From: Vicinamibacterales bacterium
GTDB lineage: Bacteria; Acidobacteriota; Vicinamibacteria; Vicinamibacterales; UBA2999
DNA: 64,000 nt
Assembly: GCA_050250875.1 (NCBI GenBank)
Contig: JBFWNV010000003.1
Location: 167,153 to 231,152, forward strand
Reading direction: 5' to 3'
The notes under the pieces: generated by a model
What the model was told of the DNA's origin: nothing
Database searches by the model: none
What the model saw: only the letters and a program-made list of their open reading frames with translations
Position numbers and translations under genes: made by a program
Shown here: positions 54,899-64,000 of the stretch, one piece after another
How positions within the stretch are numbered: the first letter of the stretch is position 1
Layout of the letters: each line of letters starts with the position of its first letter

Positions 54899-55888
54899 CT
54901 AAAAGCGGATGCGGACGGACGGTCCGGCGTACACCTGGATGCTGTCGATGAAGCGGATCCGGTGCGGGTTGTTCTGCATGACGATCGAGCTGGTGCGGAT
55001 GCCGTCGCCGAAGAACCGGACGCCCTTGAGCAGACTGCCGTCGGTGACACCGGTGGCGGCGAAGATGATGTTCTTGCCGCGGGCCAGATCGGCCGAGGTG
55101 TAGACCCGGGCGGTGTCGGTGATGCCCATGGCGTGGCAGCGGGCCTCGTCCTCGGGCTTGGCGATGACCAGCCGGGCGAAGATCTCGCCGTTGAGACACT
55201 GCATCGCCGCCGCCGTCAGCACCCCTTCCGGCGCGCCGCCGGTGCCCATCACGGCGTGGACGCCGCTGCCGGACACCGCCGCGGCGATGCCGGCCGACAG
55301 ATCGCCGTCGCCGATCAGGCGAATGCGCGCGCCGGTGGCGCGGATGTCGTGGATCAGCTTCTCGTGCCGGGGACGGTCGAGCACCACCACGGTCAACTCG
55401 TCGACCTGGCGACCGAGCGCGCGGGCGATCGCCCGCAGGTTCTCGCGCACCGGGGCGTCGATGTCCACCAGATGCTTGGAGCTGGGCCCGACCACCAGCT
55501 TCTCCATGTAGAGATCGGGCGCGTGCAGCAGCCCGCCCTCGTCGGACGCGGCCAGCACCGCGATGGCGTTGGGCGCTCCGGTGGCGCACAGATTCGTGCC
55601 CTCGAGCGGGTCGACGGCGATGTCCACCTTGTCGTAGCCGCGCCGGTCGCCGTTGCTCTTGCCGGCCAGGCCCACCTTCTCGCCGATGTAGAGCATCGGC
55701 GCTTCGTCGCGCTCGCCCTCGCCGATGACGATGGTGCCGTCGATCGGCACGGTGTCGAGTTCGCGGCGCATGGCTTCCACCGCCGCCTGGTCGGAGCCGT
55801 GGCGGTCGCCCTGGCCCATCGTGTGCGCGCAGGCGATGGCCGCCTGCTCGACGACCCGCAGGAACTCGAGGGAGAGGTCGGATTCCAT
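54899..55888 (-). CDS. glpX: Class II fructose-1,6-bisphosphatase GlpX
   Basis: Start at [19 protein letters not shown] (cat 55886-55888). [15 protein letters not shown] and DPLEGT motifs. Confidence 0.85.
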   Translation of the reverse strand: MESDLSLEFLRVVEQAAIACAHTMGQGDRHGSDQAAVEAMRRELDTVPIDGTIVIGEGERDEAPMLYIGEKVGLAGKSNGDRRGYDKVDIAVDPLEGTNLCATGAPNAIAVLAASDEGGLLHAPDLYMEKLVVGPSSKHLVDIDAPVRENLRAIARALGRQVDELTVVVLDRPRHEKLIHDIRATGARIRLIGDGDLSAGIAAAVSGSGVHAVMGTGGAPEGVLTAAAMQCLNGEIFARLVIAKPEDEARCHAMGITDTARVYTSADLARGKNIIFAATGVTDGSLLKGVRFFGDGIRTSSIVMQNNPHRIRFIDSIQVYAGPSVRIRF

Positions 55889-56014
55889 GGCGGGGCCTTG
55901 CGTCGTGCGCTTCCGGGCGTGGGACATGGCGTGCGACTCCGGCGATCCGCAGGCAACCGCGGATCGCGTCAACCCTGTGCAGGGTAATGACTTACGGACA
56001 GACGAGCGATCCTA

Positions 56015-56812
56015 TCACAGGCCCGCGCGGCGCAGCCGCACCGGCGCGCCGGCGGCCAGTCCGAGCACCGTGGCGGCACGGCCGCCGCTGACGGCGATCT
56101 CCAGCCGGTCGCTGCTGCCGAACAGTGCGCAGACCGATCCGGCCGGCACGTCGGCGTAGGTGTCGACCAGGCGCGGCACGATGTGCGGCCCGGCGGCGAT
56201 GTCGATCCCGCCGCCGCGCAGCAGCCGCTCCACGGCGGCGCGGCCGATGTTGGTGACGAGGTTGCCGAACCGATCGACCAGCTCGACCTCGCCGTCGACG
56301 CCGTCGGGCCGTTCCACCACCGCCGGCCACTCCAGCCGCACCGGCGCCGCCACGCTGCGGCCCAGCGTGGTGATCGCCGCGCCCCTGGCCAGCCACGCCG
56401 CGGCGGGCGCGAACCGGTCGCGGCCCTCGAACGTGCGGCTGATCGTCGGCCGCGCGAACTTGCGCTCAGTCAGCTCGACGACGCGTCGGGCCGGCGTCTC
56501 GTCGAGCACGGCGCTGAGCACGCCGTTGTCGGGAGCGACGAAGCGATGGTCGCCGGTGTCCACGGCGAGGCCACGACGGGCCGAGCCGACGCCGGGATCG
56601 ACGACGACGAGGAAGACCGTGCCGGCCGGGAAGTAGCGGTAGGACGCGGCCAGCTGCCGCGCGCCGGTGCGCACGTCGTGCGCCGGCACCTCGTGCGTGA
56701 TGTCGACCAGGGCGGCCTCGGGGCAGATGCCGAGCACCACGCCTTTCATGGTGCCGACGTAGTGATCGACGGTCCCGAAGTCGCTGAGCAGCGCAATCAG
56801 GGGGCGTGACAT
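56015..56812 (-). CDS. SAM hydroxide adenosyltransferase family (DUF62)
   Basis: Start at [13 protein letters not shown]...[10 protein letters not shown], the characteristic N-terminus of this family. Confidence 0.7.
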   Translation of the reverse strand: MSRPLIALLSDFGTVDHYVGTMKGVVLGICPEAALVDITHEVPAHDVRTGARQLAASYRYFPAGTVFLVVVDPGVGSARRGLAVDTGDHRFVAPDNGVLSAVLDETPARRVVELTERKFARPTISRTFEGRDRFAPAAAWLARGAAITTLGRSVAAPVRLEWPAVVERPDGVDGEVELVDRFGNLVTNIGRAAVERLLRGGGIDIAAGPHIVPRLVDTYADVPAGSVCALFGSSDRLEIAVSGGRAATVLGLAAGAPVRLRRAGL

Positions 56813-56850
56813 GCGCGTCTCTCCACGTCGAGCGCCGCCGGCGGGCGGGC

Positions 56851-57534
56851 TCAGACGCCGGCGAGATAGGCCGGCTTGCGGAAGATGATCTCGCGCATGT
56901 TGGTCTTCATCAGGAACGAGTCCGACACGCGCAGGGTCTCGAACAGCTTGATGATGTCGCGGTTCTGCAGGCTGCGCTGCCGGGCCTGCGTCCCGCCGTA
57001 GTGGCGATAGCGCAGCGTGCCGCGATCGACGACGACGTACTTGGTGTAGAGCGCACGGCCGGGTTCGACCGCCGTGCTGAAGAAGCCGAGCAGCGAGCCG
57101 TCGGCGACGAGGAGGCGCGCCAGCGTCGCCGCCAGCGCCGTCGCCGCGGCGCGGTCGAGGAAGTCGAACACGTCCCAGCACAGGATGCCGTCGATGCTGC
57201 CGGGCTCGCTCTTGAAGCGCGTGCGGAAGAACTCGGGCAGGCGATCGAGGGTGCCGGCGGCGCCGTGGCGCTCGATGTCGGCGAAGAGATCCTCGACCCG
57301 CAGGCGGCAGCCGAGCTCTTCGCCGAAGAACGAGACGTTGGCGCCGACCACCGGACCGAGGTCGAGCAGCACCGGGGCCGGCTTCGCCGCGACGTTGGCG
57401 AGGAACTTCGGGAGCGCCTTCGTCGGGTAGACGAGCTCCGGCGTATCGGGCGACGCCGGCGCCGCCGACGCGCCCGACGGTTCGGCGCGCCGTCCGCCGA
57501 ACCGGGACAGGAGATCGTGCAGTCCGCCAGCCAC
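56851..57534 (-). CDS. Class I methyltransferase-fold-like protein with a degenerate SAM loop
   Basis: VLLDLGPVVGANV (motif I-like, lacking GxGxG), ILCWDVFDFLD, LLVADGSLLGFF. Confidence 0.4.
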   Translation of the reverse strand: MAGGLHDLLSRFGGRRAEPSGASAAPASPDTPELVYPTKALPKFLANVAAKPAPVLLDLGPVVGANVSFFGEELGCRLRVEDLFADIERHGAAGTLDRLPEFFRTRFKSEPGSIDGILCWDVFDFLDRAAATALAATLARLLVADGSLLGFFSTAVEPGRALYTKYVVVDRGTLRYRHYGGTQARQRSLQNRDIIKLFETLRVSDSFLMKTNMREIIFRKPAYLAGV

Positions 57535-57586
57535 AAGCGAGGCTCCGGACGCGGAGGCTGGGGTCCGCCCCCCGCGCCGCGTCGGA

Positions 57587-58102
57587 CTAGACGCCGGCCT
57601 TGGCCGGCACCGGCGCGGCCGGGGCCGCGTCCTTGACGGCCGGCTTGGCGGCCGACTTCTGCTGCATGTCGATGGCGCCGCGGAAGTGCGCGCCCTCGGC
57701 GATCGCCACGCGCGGCGCGGTGACGTCGCCGTCGACCGAGCCGTTGTCGCGGATGTCGACTTTCTCCGAGGCGGTGACGTTGCCGGTCACCTCGCCCAGC
57801 ACGATCACCTGCTTGGCGAAGACCTCGGCGCGAATCTTGCCGTTGGGGCCGATGGTGAGCGTGTTGTCGCGCAGCTCGATGCGCCCCTCGACATTGCCTT
57901 CGATGGTGAGATCCTCGCTGCCGCTCAGCTCACCCTTGATGACCACAGACTTCCCGATGTTCACGTTGTCCCTCCCCGTCATCGCGTGCGGGCGATGTTC
58001 GCCGCCACTGGGGACGGCAGGTGAATGCGCCGCTGCCGGGGCAGGGGCGGGTGCCGGTGCCGGGGGTGCGGCCGGCTTGGGCGACTCGTCACGCTTCCAC
58101 AT
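57587..58102 (-). CDS. Bactofilin-family cytoskeletal protein
   Basis: Repetitive beta-helix core VVIKGELSGSEDLTIEGNVEGRIEL...VIVLGEVTGNVTA...VDGDVTA, flanked by Pro/Ala-rich tails. Confidence 0.8.
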   Translation of the reverse strand: MWKRDESPKPAAPPAPAPAPAPAAAHSPAVPSGGEHRPHAMTGRDNVNIGKSVVIKGELSGSEDLTIEGNVEGRIELRDNTLTIGPNGKIRAEVFAKQVIVLGEVTGNVTASEKVDIRDNGSVDGDVTAPRVAIAEGAHFRGAIDMQQKSAAKPAVKDAAPAAPVPAKAGV

Positions 58103-58229
58103 TGCGTCTTCCTCCCGATGCGGACGTACAACCGCCCGCGCTGCTCGCCGTGGTGACCTGGGGAAGGGCTCCTGGAACGAAGCCCGGCCAGTATAGGCAC
58201 CACGGGAAATCGCTGTCTACCCCATTTGT

Positions 58230-58258
58230 TTGCTGACGTTTAGACCGGGTGTTACGAT
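58230..58258 (+). promoter_or_regulatory. Sigma70-type promoter TTGCTG-17 nt-TACGAT, 7 nt upstream of the GTG at 58266
   Basis: Read directly. It implies a leaderless start at VSRIYLDHNATT. Confidence 0.4.
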
Positions 58259-58265
58259 CCGGGCA

Positions 58266-59422
58266 GTGTCGCGCATCTATCTGGACCACAACGCGACGAC
58301 GCCGCTCGTGCCGGCCGCGCTCGATCGGCTCACGGCAGTCGCCCGCGACACCTGGGGCAACGCGTCGAGCGTCCACCACTTCGGCCAGCAGGCGAAGGCG
58401 GCGCTCGACGACGCGCGGGCCCAGGTGGCGGCCCTCCTCGGCGCCGAACCGCCCGAGATCGTCTTCACGGCCGGCGGCACCGAGGGCGACAACGCCGCGA
58501 TCCGCGGCGCGCTCGAGGCGCTCGAGGCGTCGGGCCGGCGTCATCTGATCGTCTCCGCGATCGAACACGAGGCCGTGCTGCAGACCGCCAAGTCGCTGTC
58601 CCGGCGGGGGTTCGAGGTCACCGTCCTGCCCGTCGGCGGCAGCGGCGTCGCCGACCCCGAGGCCTTGCGCGGGTTGATGACCGATCGCACGGCCCTCGTA
58701 TCGGTCATGCACGCCAATAACGAGATAGGCACGGTGCAGCCGGTGGCCGCCCTCGCCGCGGTCGCCCACGCCGCCGGGGCGCTCTTCCATACCGATGCCG
58801 TGCAGACCGCCGGCAAGGTGCCGGTGGACGTCGCCGCCCTGGGCGTCGACCTGCTGTCGATCTCGGCGCACAAGTTCGGCGGTCCCAAGGGCGCCGGGGC
58901 GCTGTGGATCCGCCGCGGCGTCCGAGTCCTGCCGTTCGTCACCGGTGGGCGCCAGGAGCGCAACCGCCGCGCCGGCACCGAGAACGTCCCGGCCCTGGCC
59001 GGCATGGGCGCGGCCGCCGAGCACGCCCGGCACCATGCCGCCGCGGCGGCGCCACGGGTGGCGGCGCTGCGCGATCGACTCGAGGCCGGCGTACTCGCCG
59101 GCGTGCCCGGCACCGCCGTCAACGGCGAGCGCGCCGCGCGGGTGCCCAACACCACCAACATCTCGTTCGATCGCGTCGAGTCGGAGTCGTTGCTCATCGC
59201 CCTCGACCTCGAGGGCATCGCCGTGTCGTCGGGCTCGGCCTGCTCGTCGGGCACGCTGGAACCGTCGCACGTCCTCAAGGCGATGGGCTTTCCGCACCAT
59301 CGCACCCTCAACTCGCTGCGCTTCAGCCTCGGCAGCGCCACCACCGAGGCCGAGATCGATCACGTCGTGGCGGTGCTGCCCGGTCTGGTCGAGAAGCTGC
59401 GCAAGCTGGCTCCGGCACGGCG

Positions 59423-59426
<4 letters not shown>
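58266..59426 (+). CDS. Cysteine desulfurase (NifS/IscS class I)
   Basis: IYLDHNATTP, PLP-lysine SAHKFGGPKG, catalytic loop GSACSSG. The track ORF begins at a TTG 36 nt upstream. Confidence 0.85.
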
Positions 59427-60493
<1,067 letters not shown>

Positions 60494-60498
60494 GAACC

Positions 60499-60543
60499 GG
60501 GGCTCGGGGCTCGGGGCTCGGGGCTCGGGGCTCGGGGCTCGGG
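60499..60543. repeat. Tandem heptad microsatellite (GGGGCTC)x6 + GGG
   Basis: Counted directly. It is the left arm of an inverted repeat with 60614-60639 and satisfies the G4N3 quadruplex pattern. Confidence 0.9.
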
Positions 60544-60613
60544 AAAGAGCAAACACCTTCCCACCAGGCAGGGAGCGCCCTTCAGACGAGCGTCAGTTCC
60601 GCCTTACGGGCTT

Positions 60614-60639
60614 CCCGAGACCCGAGCCCCGAGCCCCGG
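60614..60639. repeat. C-rich heptad arm CCCGAGA CCCGAGC CCCGAGC CCCGG
   Basis: Reverse complement of the left-arm heptads. The 70-nt AT-richer spacer is 60544-60613. Confidence 0.85.
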
Positions 60640-60643
60640 CCGT

Positions 60644-61591
60644 TCAGTGTCCGACGCCGCTCAGGAAGCGCTCCGCATCAATGGCCGCCATGCAGCCCGA
60701 CCCGGCGGCCGTGACCGCCTGGCGGTAGACGTGATCCTGCACGTCGCCGGCGGCGAACACGCCCGGGATGTTGGTGCGCGGGCCGTCGTGCGTCTTGATG
60801 TAGCCGTTGGCGTCGAGGTCGAGCTGGCCGGCCACCAGCTTGGTATTGGGGATGTGGCCGATGGCGATGAACACGCCGTCGACCGGCAGTTCGCTGACCG
60901 CGCCGGTCTGCAGGTTGGTCAGCACCAGGCTCGACACCTCGCCCTTGGTCACGTCCTTGATGTCGGTGACGGCGGTGTTCCAGACGAACGAGATCTTCGG
61001 GTCGTTGAGCGCCTTGTCCTGCATCACCTTCGAGGCGCGCAGCGTGTCGCGGCGGTGGATCACCGTGACGTGCGAGGCCAGCTTGGCGAGGTAGATCGCC
61101 TCTTCCATCGCGGTGTCGCCGCCGCCGACGACGGCGACGTGCCGGCCCTTGAAGAAGAAGCCGTCGCAGGTCGCGCAGGTCGAGACGCCGCGGCCCGACA
61201 GCTGCTTGTCGACCCCGAGGTCGAGCCACTTGGCCGAGGCGCCGGTCGCGATGATCAGCGCCTGGGCCGTGTAGACGGTCTTGCCGACGGTGATCGTGAA
61301 TGGCCGTGCCGAGAGGTCGAGCGCGGCCACGTCGCCCTGGACGATCTGGGCGCCGAAGCGCTCGGCCTGGGCGCGCAGCTCCGCCATCAGATCCGGGCCG
61401 AGGATGCCGTCGCGATAGCCGGGCCAGTTCTCGACCATCGTGGTGAGCATCAACTGGCCGCCGGCTTCCACGCCTTCGATCACCAGCGGCGCCAGGTTGG
61501 CGCGCGCCGTGTAGAGCGCGGCGGTGAGGCCCGCCGGGCCCGAGCCGATGACGACGACCTCGCGGTCGGTGGGGGTCGCCGGCGCGCTCAC
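60644..61591 (-). CDS. trxB: Thioredoxin-disulfide reductase
   Basis: GTG at 61591 (GTGA overlap with the trxA stop). VIGSGPAG, redox CATCDG, GGGDTAMEEA. Confidence 0.9.
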   Translation of the reverse strand: MSAPATPTDREVVVIGSGPAGLTAALYTARANLAPLVIEGVEAGGQLMLTTMVENWPGYRDGILGPDLMAELRAQAERFGAQIVQGDVAALDLSARPFTITVGKTVYTAQALIIATGASAKWLDLGVDKQLSGRGVSTCATCDGFFFKGRHVAVVGGGDTAMEEAIYLAKLASHVTVIHRRDTLRASKVMQDKALNDPKISFVWNTAVTDIKDVTKGEVSSLVLTNLQTGAVSELPVDGVFIAIGHIPNTKLVAGQLDLDANGYIKTHDGPRTNIPGVFAAGDVQDHVYRQAVTAAGSGCMAAIDAERFLSGVGH

Positions 61592-61911
61592 AGGTGCTTG
61601 TCGATCATGCGGGCGAGGTCGTCCTTCGCCGCCAGCCCGACCACCGAGTCGGCCAGCTGGCCGTTCTTGAAGAGCAGCAGCGTCGGGATGCCGCGCACGC
61701 CGAACTTCGGCGCGGTGGCCGGATGGTCGTCGATGTTCATCTTGGCCACGGTGACGCGGCCCGCGTATTCCTCGGCCAGCTGATCCACGGTCGGCGCCAG
61801 ACGCCGGCAGGGAGCACACCACTCCGCCCAGAAGTCCACGAGCACCACGCCCTGCTTCACCGCGGCGTCGAAATCGCCGTCGCCGAGGGTCTTGATCTTG
61901 TCCGAAGCCAT
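61588..61911 (-). CDS. trxA: Thioredoxin (active site WCAPC)
   Basis: 107 aa. VLVDFWAEWCAPCR. GGAG lies 5 nt upstream of the ATG. Confidence 0.9.
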   Translation of the reverse strand: MASDKIKTLGDGDFDAAVKQGVVLVDFWAEWCAPCRRLAPTVDQLAEEYAGRVTVAKMNIDDHPATAPKFGVRGIPTLLLFKNGQLADSVVGLAAKDDLARMIDKHL

Positions 61912-61954
61912 ATTTCTCCCCAGTGGTTCTGATGCCGCTCGCCCGTGACCCGTG

Positions 61955-63514
61955 TCACGCCGTCCGCGCCGGACGCCTCTGTCGGCGGCCGCGCCGGGCG
62001 GCGATCACTCCTTTATACACCTTCACGTAGTCGCGCGCCGAACGCTCCCAGGAGTGATCCTGCTTCATGCCGTTCTGCTGCAGCCGCTTCCACTCGGCCG
62101 GCGCGTCGAACACGCGCAGCGCGTCGCGCAGCGCCGCGAGCATCGCCCGCCCGCTGTACTCGGCGAAGAGGAAGCCGGTGCCGCGCCTGGTGGCCGCGTC
62201 CCACGGCTGGACCGAGTCCACCAGGCCGCCGGTCGCGCGCACCACCGGCACGGTGCCGTAGCGCAGGCTGTACATCTGATTCAGGCCGCACGGCTCGTAG
62301 CGCGACGGCATGAGAAACAGGTCCGCTCCCCCCTCGACCAGGTGAGCGAGCCGCTCGTCGAAGCCGATCACGGCGCCGATCCGCGACGGCCGATGCGCCG
62401 CCAGCGACCGCCACATCTGCTCGTAGCGGCCGTCGCCGCTGCCGAGCACCACGAAACCGGCGTCGAGATCGGCCAGCTCCGAGGCCACCTGGGCGACCAG
62501 GTCGAAGCCCTTCTGATCGACCAGGCGCGACACCAGGCCGACCAGCGGCCGCGCCATCGCCGCGGCGTCGGCGGCGAGTCCGAACGCCTCGAGCACGGCC
62601 CGCTTGGCCGCCGCCTTGCCGGCCAGCGACCGCGCCGTGAACGACGCCGGCAGGTAGGGATCGCGGTCGGGATTCCACAGGTCGGTGTCGATGCCGTTGA
62701 GGATGCCGGAGAGGGCGTGGGCGCGGGCGCGGATGACGCCGTCGAGGCCGTCGCCGTACTCGGGCCGCTGGATCTCCTGCGCGTAGGTGGGGCTCACCGT
62801 CGTCAGCGCGTCGCTGAAGTTGATCCCCGACTTCAGCAGGCTGACGCGATCCCAGAACTCGAGCCCGTCCACCGTGAACAGATCCCATCCCAGCCCGAGC
62901 CGCGGCAGCCACGACTTGTCGACGATGCCCTGGTAGGCCAGGTTGTGGATCGTGAACACCACCGGCACGCGGCCGAGCGACGGGTGGCGCGCGAAGTGCT
63001 GGCGGAGGTAGGCGGGGGCCAGCCCGGCCTGCCAGTCGTGGCCGTGCACCACGTCGATCGGCACGGGCTGCGCCGCCGCCCACTCGAGCGCGGCGATGAC
63101 CAGAAAGGCGAAGCGCAGCGCGTTGTCGTCGAAGTCGACACCGCCGCTGTTGTAGAGGCCGGCGCGATGGTAGAGCGGCGGGCACTCGACCAGCATCGCG
63201 CGGGCGCCGAGACCGAGCGGCTCCTCGAACAGCCCCGCCGAGTACGACACGCCGGCCACGGCCGCCGACACGTCGTGGCGCCACTGCCCCGCCGACACGC
63301 CGGCGTAGCGCGGCGTGAACAGCGTCACCTCGTGGCCGAGACGGCCGAGCGCGCGCGGCAGCGCGCTGGCCACGTCGGCGAGTCCGCCGGTCTTCGCAAA
63401 CGGCGCCGCCTCCGAGGCGATCATCAGGATCTGCAGCGGCGCCGCCGGACGACGCGGCGCACGCGGCGCCGGCGCGGGGCGCGGCGTCCGGACGAACGGC
63501 ACGGGCCGGGACAT
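61955..63514 (-). CDS. glgA: Glycogen synthase
   Basis: ILMIASEAAPFAKTGGLADV and a C-terminal GT5 block (PSRYEPCGLNQMY). About a 28-aa basic N-terminal extension. Confidence 0.9.
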   Translation of the reverse strand: MSRPVPFVRTPRPAPAPRAPRRPAAPLQILMIASEAAPFAKTGGLADVASALPRALGRLGHEVTLFTPRYAGVSAGQWRHDVSAAVAGVSYSAGLFEEPLGLGARAMLVECPPLYHRAGLYNSGGVDFDDNALRFAFLVIAALEWAAAQPVPIDVVHGHDWQAGLAPAYLRQHFARHPSLGRVPVVFTIHNLAYQGIVDKSWLPRLGLGWDLFTVDGLEFWDRVSLLKSGINFSDALTTVSPTYAQEIQRPEYGDGLDGVIRARAHALSGILNGIDTDLWNPDRDPYLPASFTARSLAGKAAAKRAVLEAFGLAADAAAMARPLVGLVSRLVDQKGFDLVAQVASELADLDAGFVVLGSGDGRYEQMWRSLAAHRPSRIGAVIGFDERLAHLVEGGADLFLMPSRYEPCGLNQMYSLRYGTVPVVRATGGLVDSVQPWDAATRRGTGFLFAEYSGRAMLAALRDALRVFDAPAEWKRLQQNGMKQDHSWERSARDYVKVYKGVIAARRGRRQRRPARTA

Positions 63515-63570
63515 GGCCCCCTAACTTAGCAGCCCGCGACATCGCAACGCGGGCTTTCGACGCCCCCGCT

Positions 63571-63579
63571 TGGTAGAAT
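63571..63579 (+). promoter_or_regulatory. Extended -10 box TGGTAGAAT, 7 nt upstream of the GTG at 63587
   Basis: Same TGNTAGAATC decamer and spacing as at 1561. Confidence 0.4.
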
Positions 63580-63586
63580 CTCGGCC

Positions 63587-64000
63587 GTGGCCTCGCCCCC
63601 GCGCCCGGAACGGGCCGTGCCGCGCGAACTCGCGGCGCTGACCGACCTCGCCGCCCGGCATCCCGAACTCGCCCCGGCGGTCGCCCTCGAGCGCGAGCTG
63701 CTCGACGGCGAGCGGCGCCTGCAGCGCCGCCTCGGCACGCCGTGGATCGACGCCTCGACCGACGTCCTCACCGCGCGGCTCGCCCAGGGCGAATGCCTGG
63801 TCGAGCTGGCCCATCTCGGGCTCGACTGGAACGAGCTGCGGCTGCGCCTCCGCCAGGTGATCGACGTGCTGCGCCGTCACGACGTCCTCGAGGGCGACGA
63901 CCTGCGGCGGCTCCAGGACGTCGACCGCGGCGCCGACCTCCCCGACATCGTCGGGCGCTGGTTCGACGCGGCGCCGGGGCGAACCGGCGCCGGCGGCGAC
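63587..64000 (+). CDS. Hypothetical protein, 5' partial (runs off the window)
   Basis: Not in the ORF track. My hand translation from the GTG at 63587 is open to the window end with strongly GC3-biased codons (VASPPRPERAVPRELAALTDLAARHPELAP...). Confidence 0.4.
   Translation, partial: MASPPRPERAVPRELAALTDLAARHPELAPAVALERELLDGERRLQRRLGTPWIDASTDVLTARLAQGECLVELAHLGLDWNELRLRLRQVIDVLRRHDVLEGDDLRRLQDVDRGADLPDIVGRWFDAAPGRTGAGGD

Noticed and set aside
60499-60639. Possible CRISPR array
   Set aside because: The repeat unit is only 7 nt with no spacers, there are no cas genes, and the architecture is microsatellite plus inverted repeat.

Overview
This is a very GC-rich (by eye about 70% or more, not computed), gene-dense bacterial chromosomal window. 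All calls come from reading the supplied ORF translations and the DNA; no database search was run. I support about 57 protein genes and one tRNA-Pro(GGG). I found no rRNA, CRISPR, transposase, integrase or phage genes. The family content suggests an Acidobacteriota-like diderm, which is inference only: an ADOP-type duplicated FtsX permease, a Ser/Thr kinase with TolB-N-like/TPR tails, a sigma54 activator and a TPR/SLH lipoprotein.

Most genes are housekeeping: photolyase, Sua5/TsaC, Der, HflX, PriA, CoaBC, Gmk, YicC, GlpX, MnmA, TrxAB, GlgA and PgsA.

The best candidate for an undescribed system is at 7.1-16.6 kb. It is a seven-gene, same-strand, partly overlapping module:
- HlyD/MacA adaptor
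- ABC ATPase
- duplicated-FtsX (ADOP-like) permease
- second, distinct ABC ATPase
- NtrC-type sigma54 activator
- histidine kinase with no extracytoplasmic sensor loop
- Zn-ribbon/TM/trypsin-fold protease

Upstream of it is a candidate inverted repeat + IHF-site + -24/-12 promoter. It resembles a diderm, sigma54-rewired analogue of Bce-type transporter-dependent sensing.

Other notable items:
- an in-frame TAG inside the normally essential coaBC gene
- a Ser/Thr kinase with a tandemly duplicated ~400-aa C-terminal module
- a GGGGCTC heptad repeat family forming G4-capable inverted-repeat elements
- several genes with a -10 box 7-10 nt from the start codon, probably leaderless
- a glycan-assembly locus served by an MsbA/PglK-like ABC exporter, with no Wzx/Wzy seen in the window
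- a codon-usage island with an internal consensus promoter inside a glycosyltransferase gene
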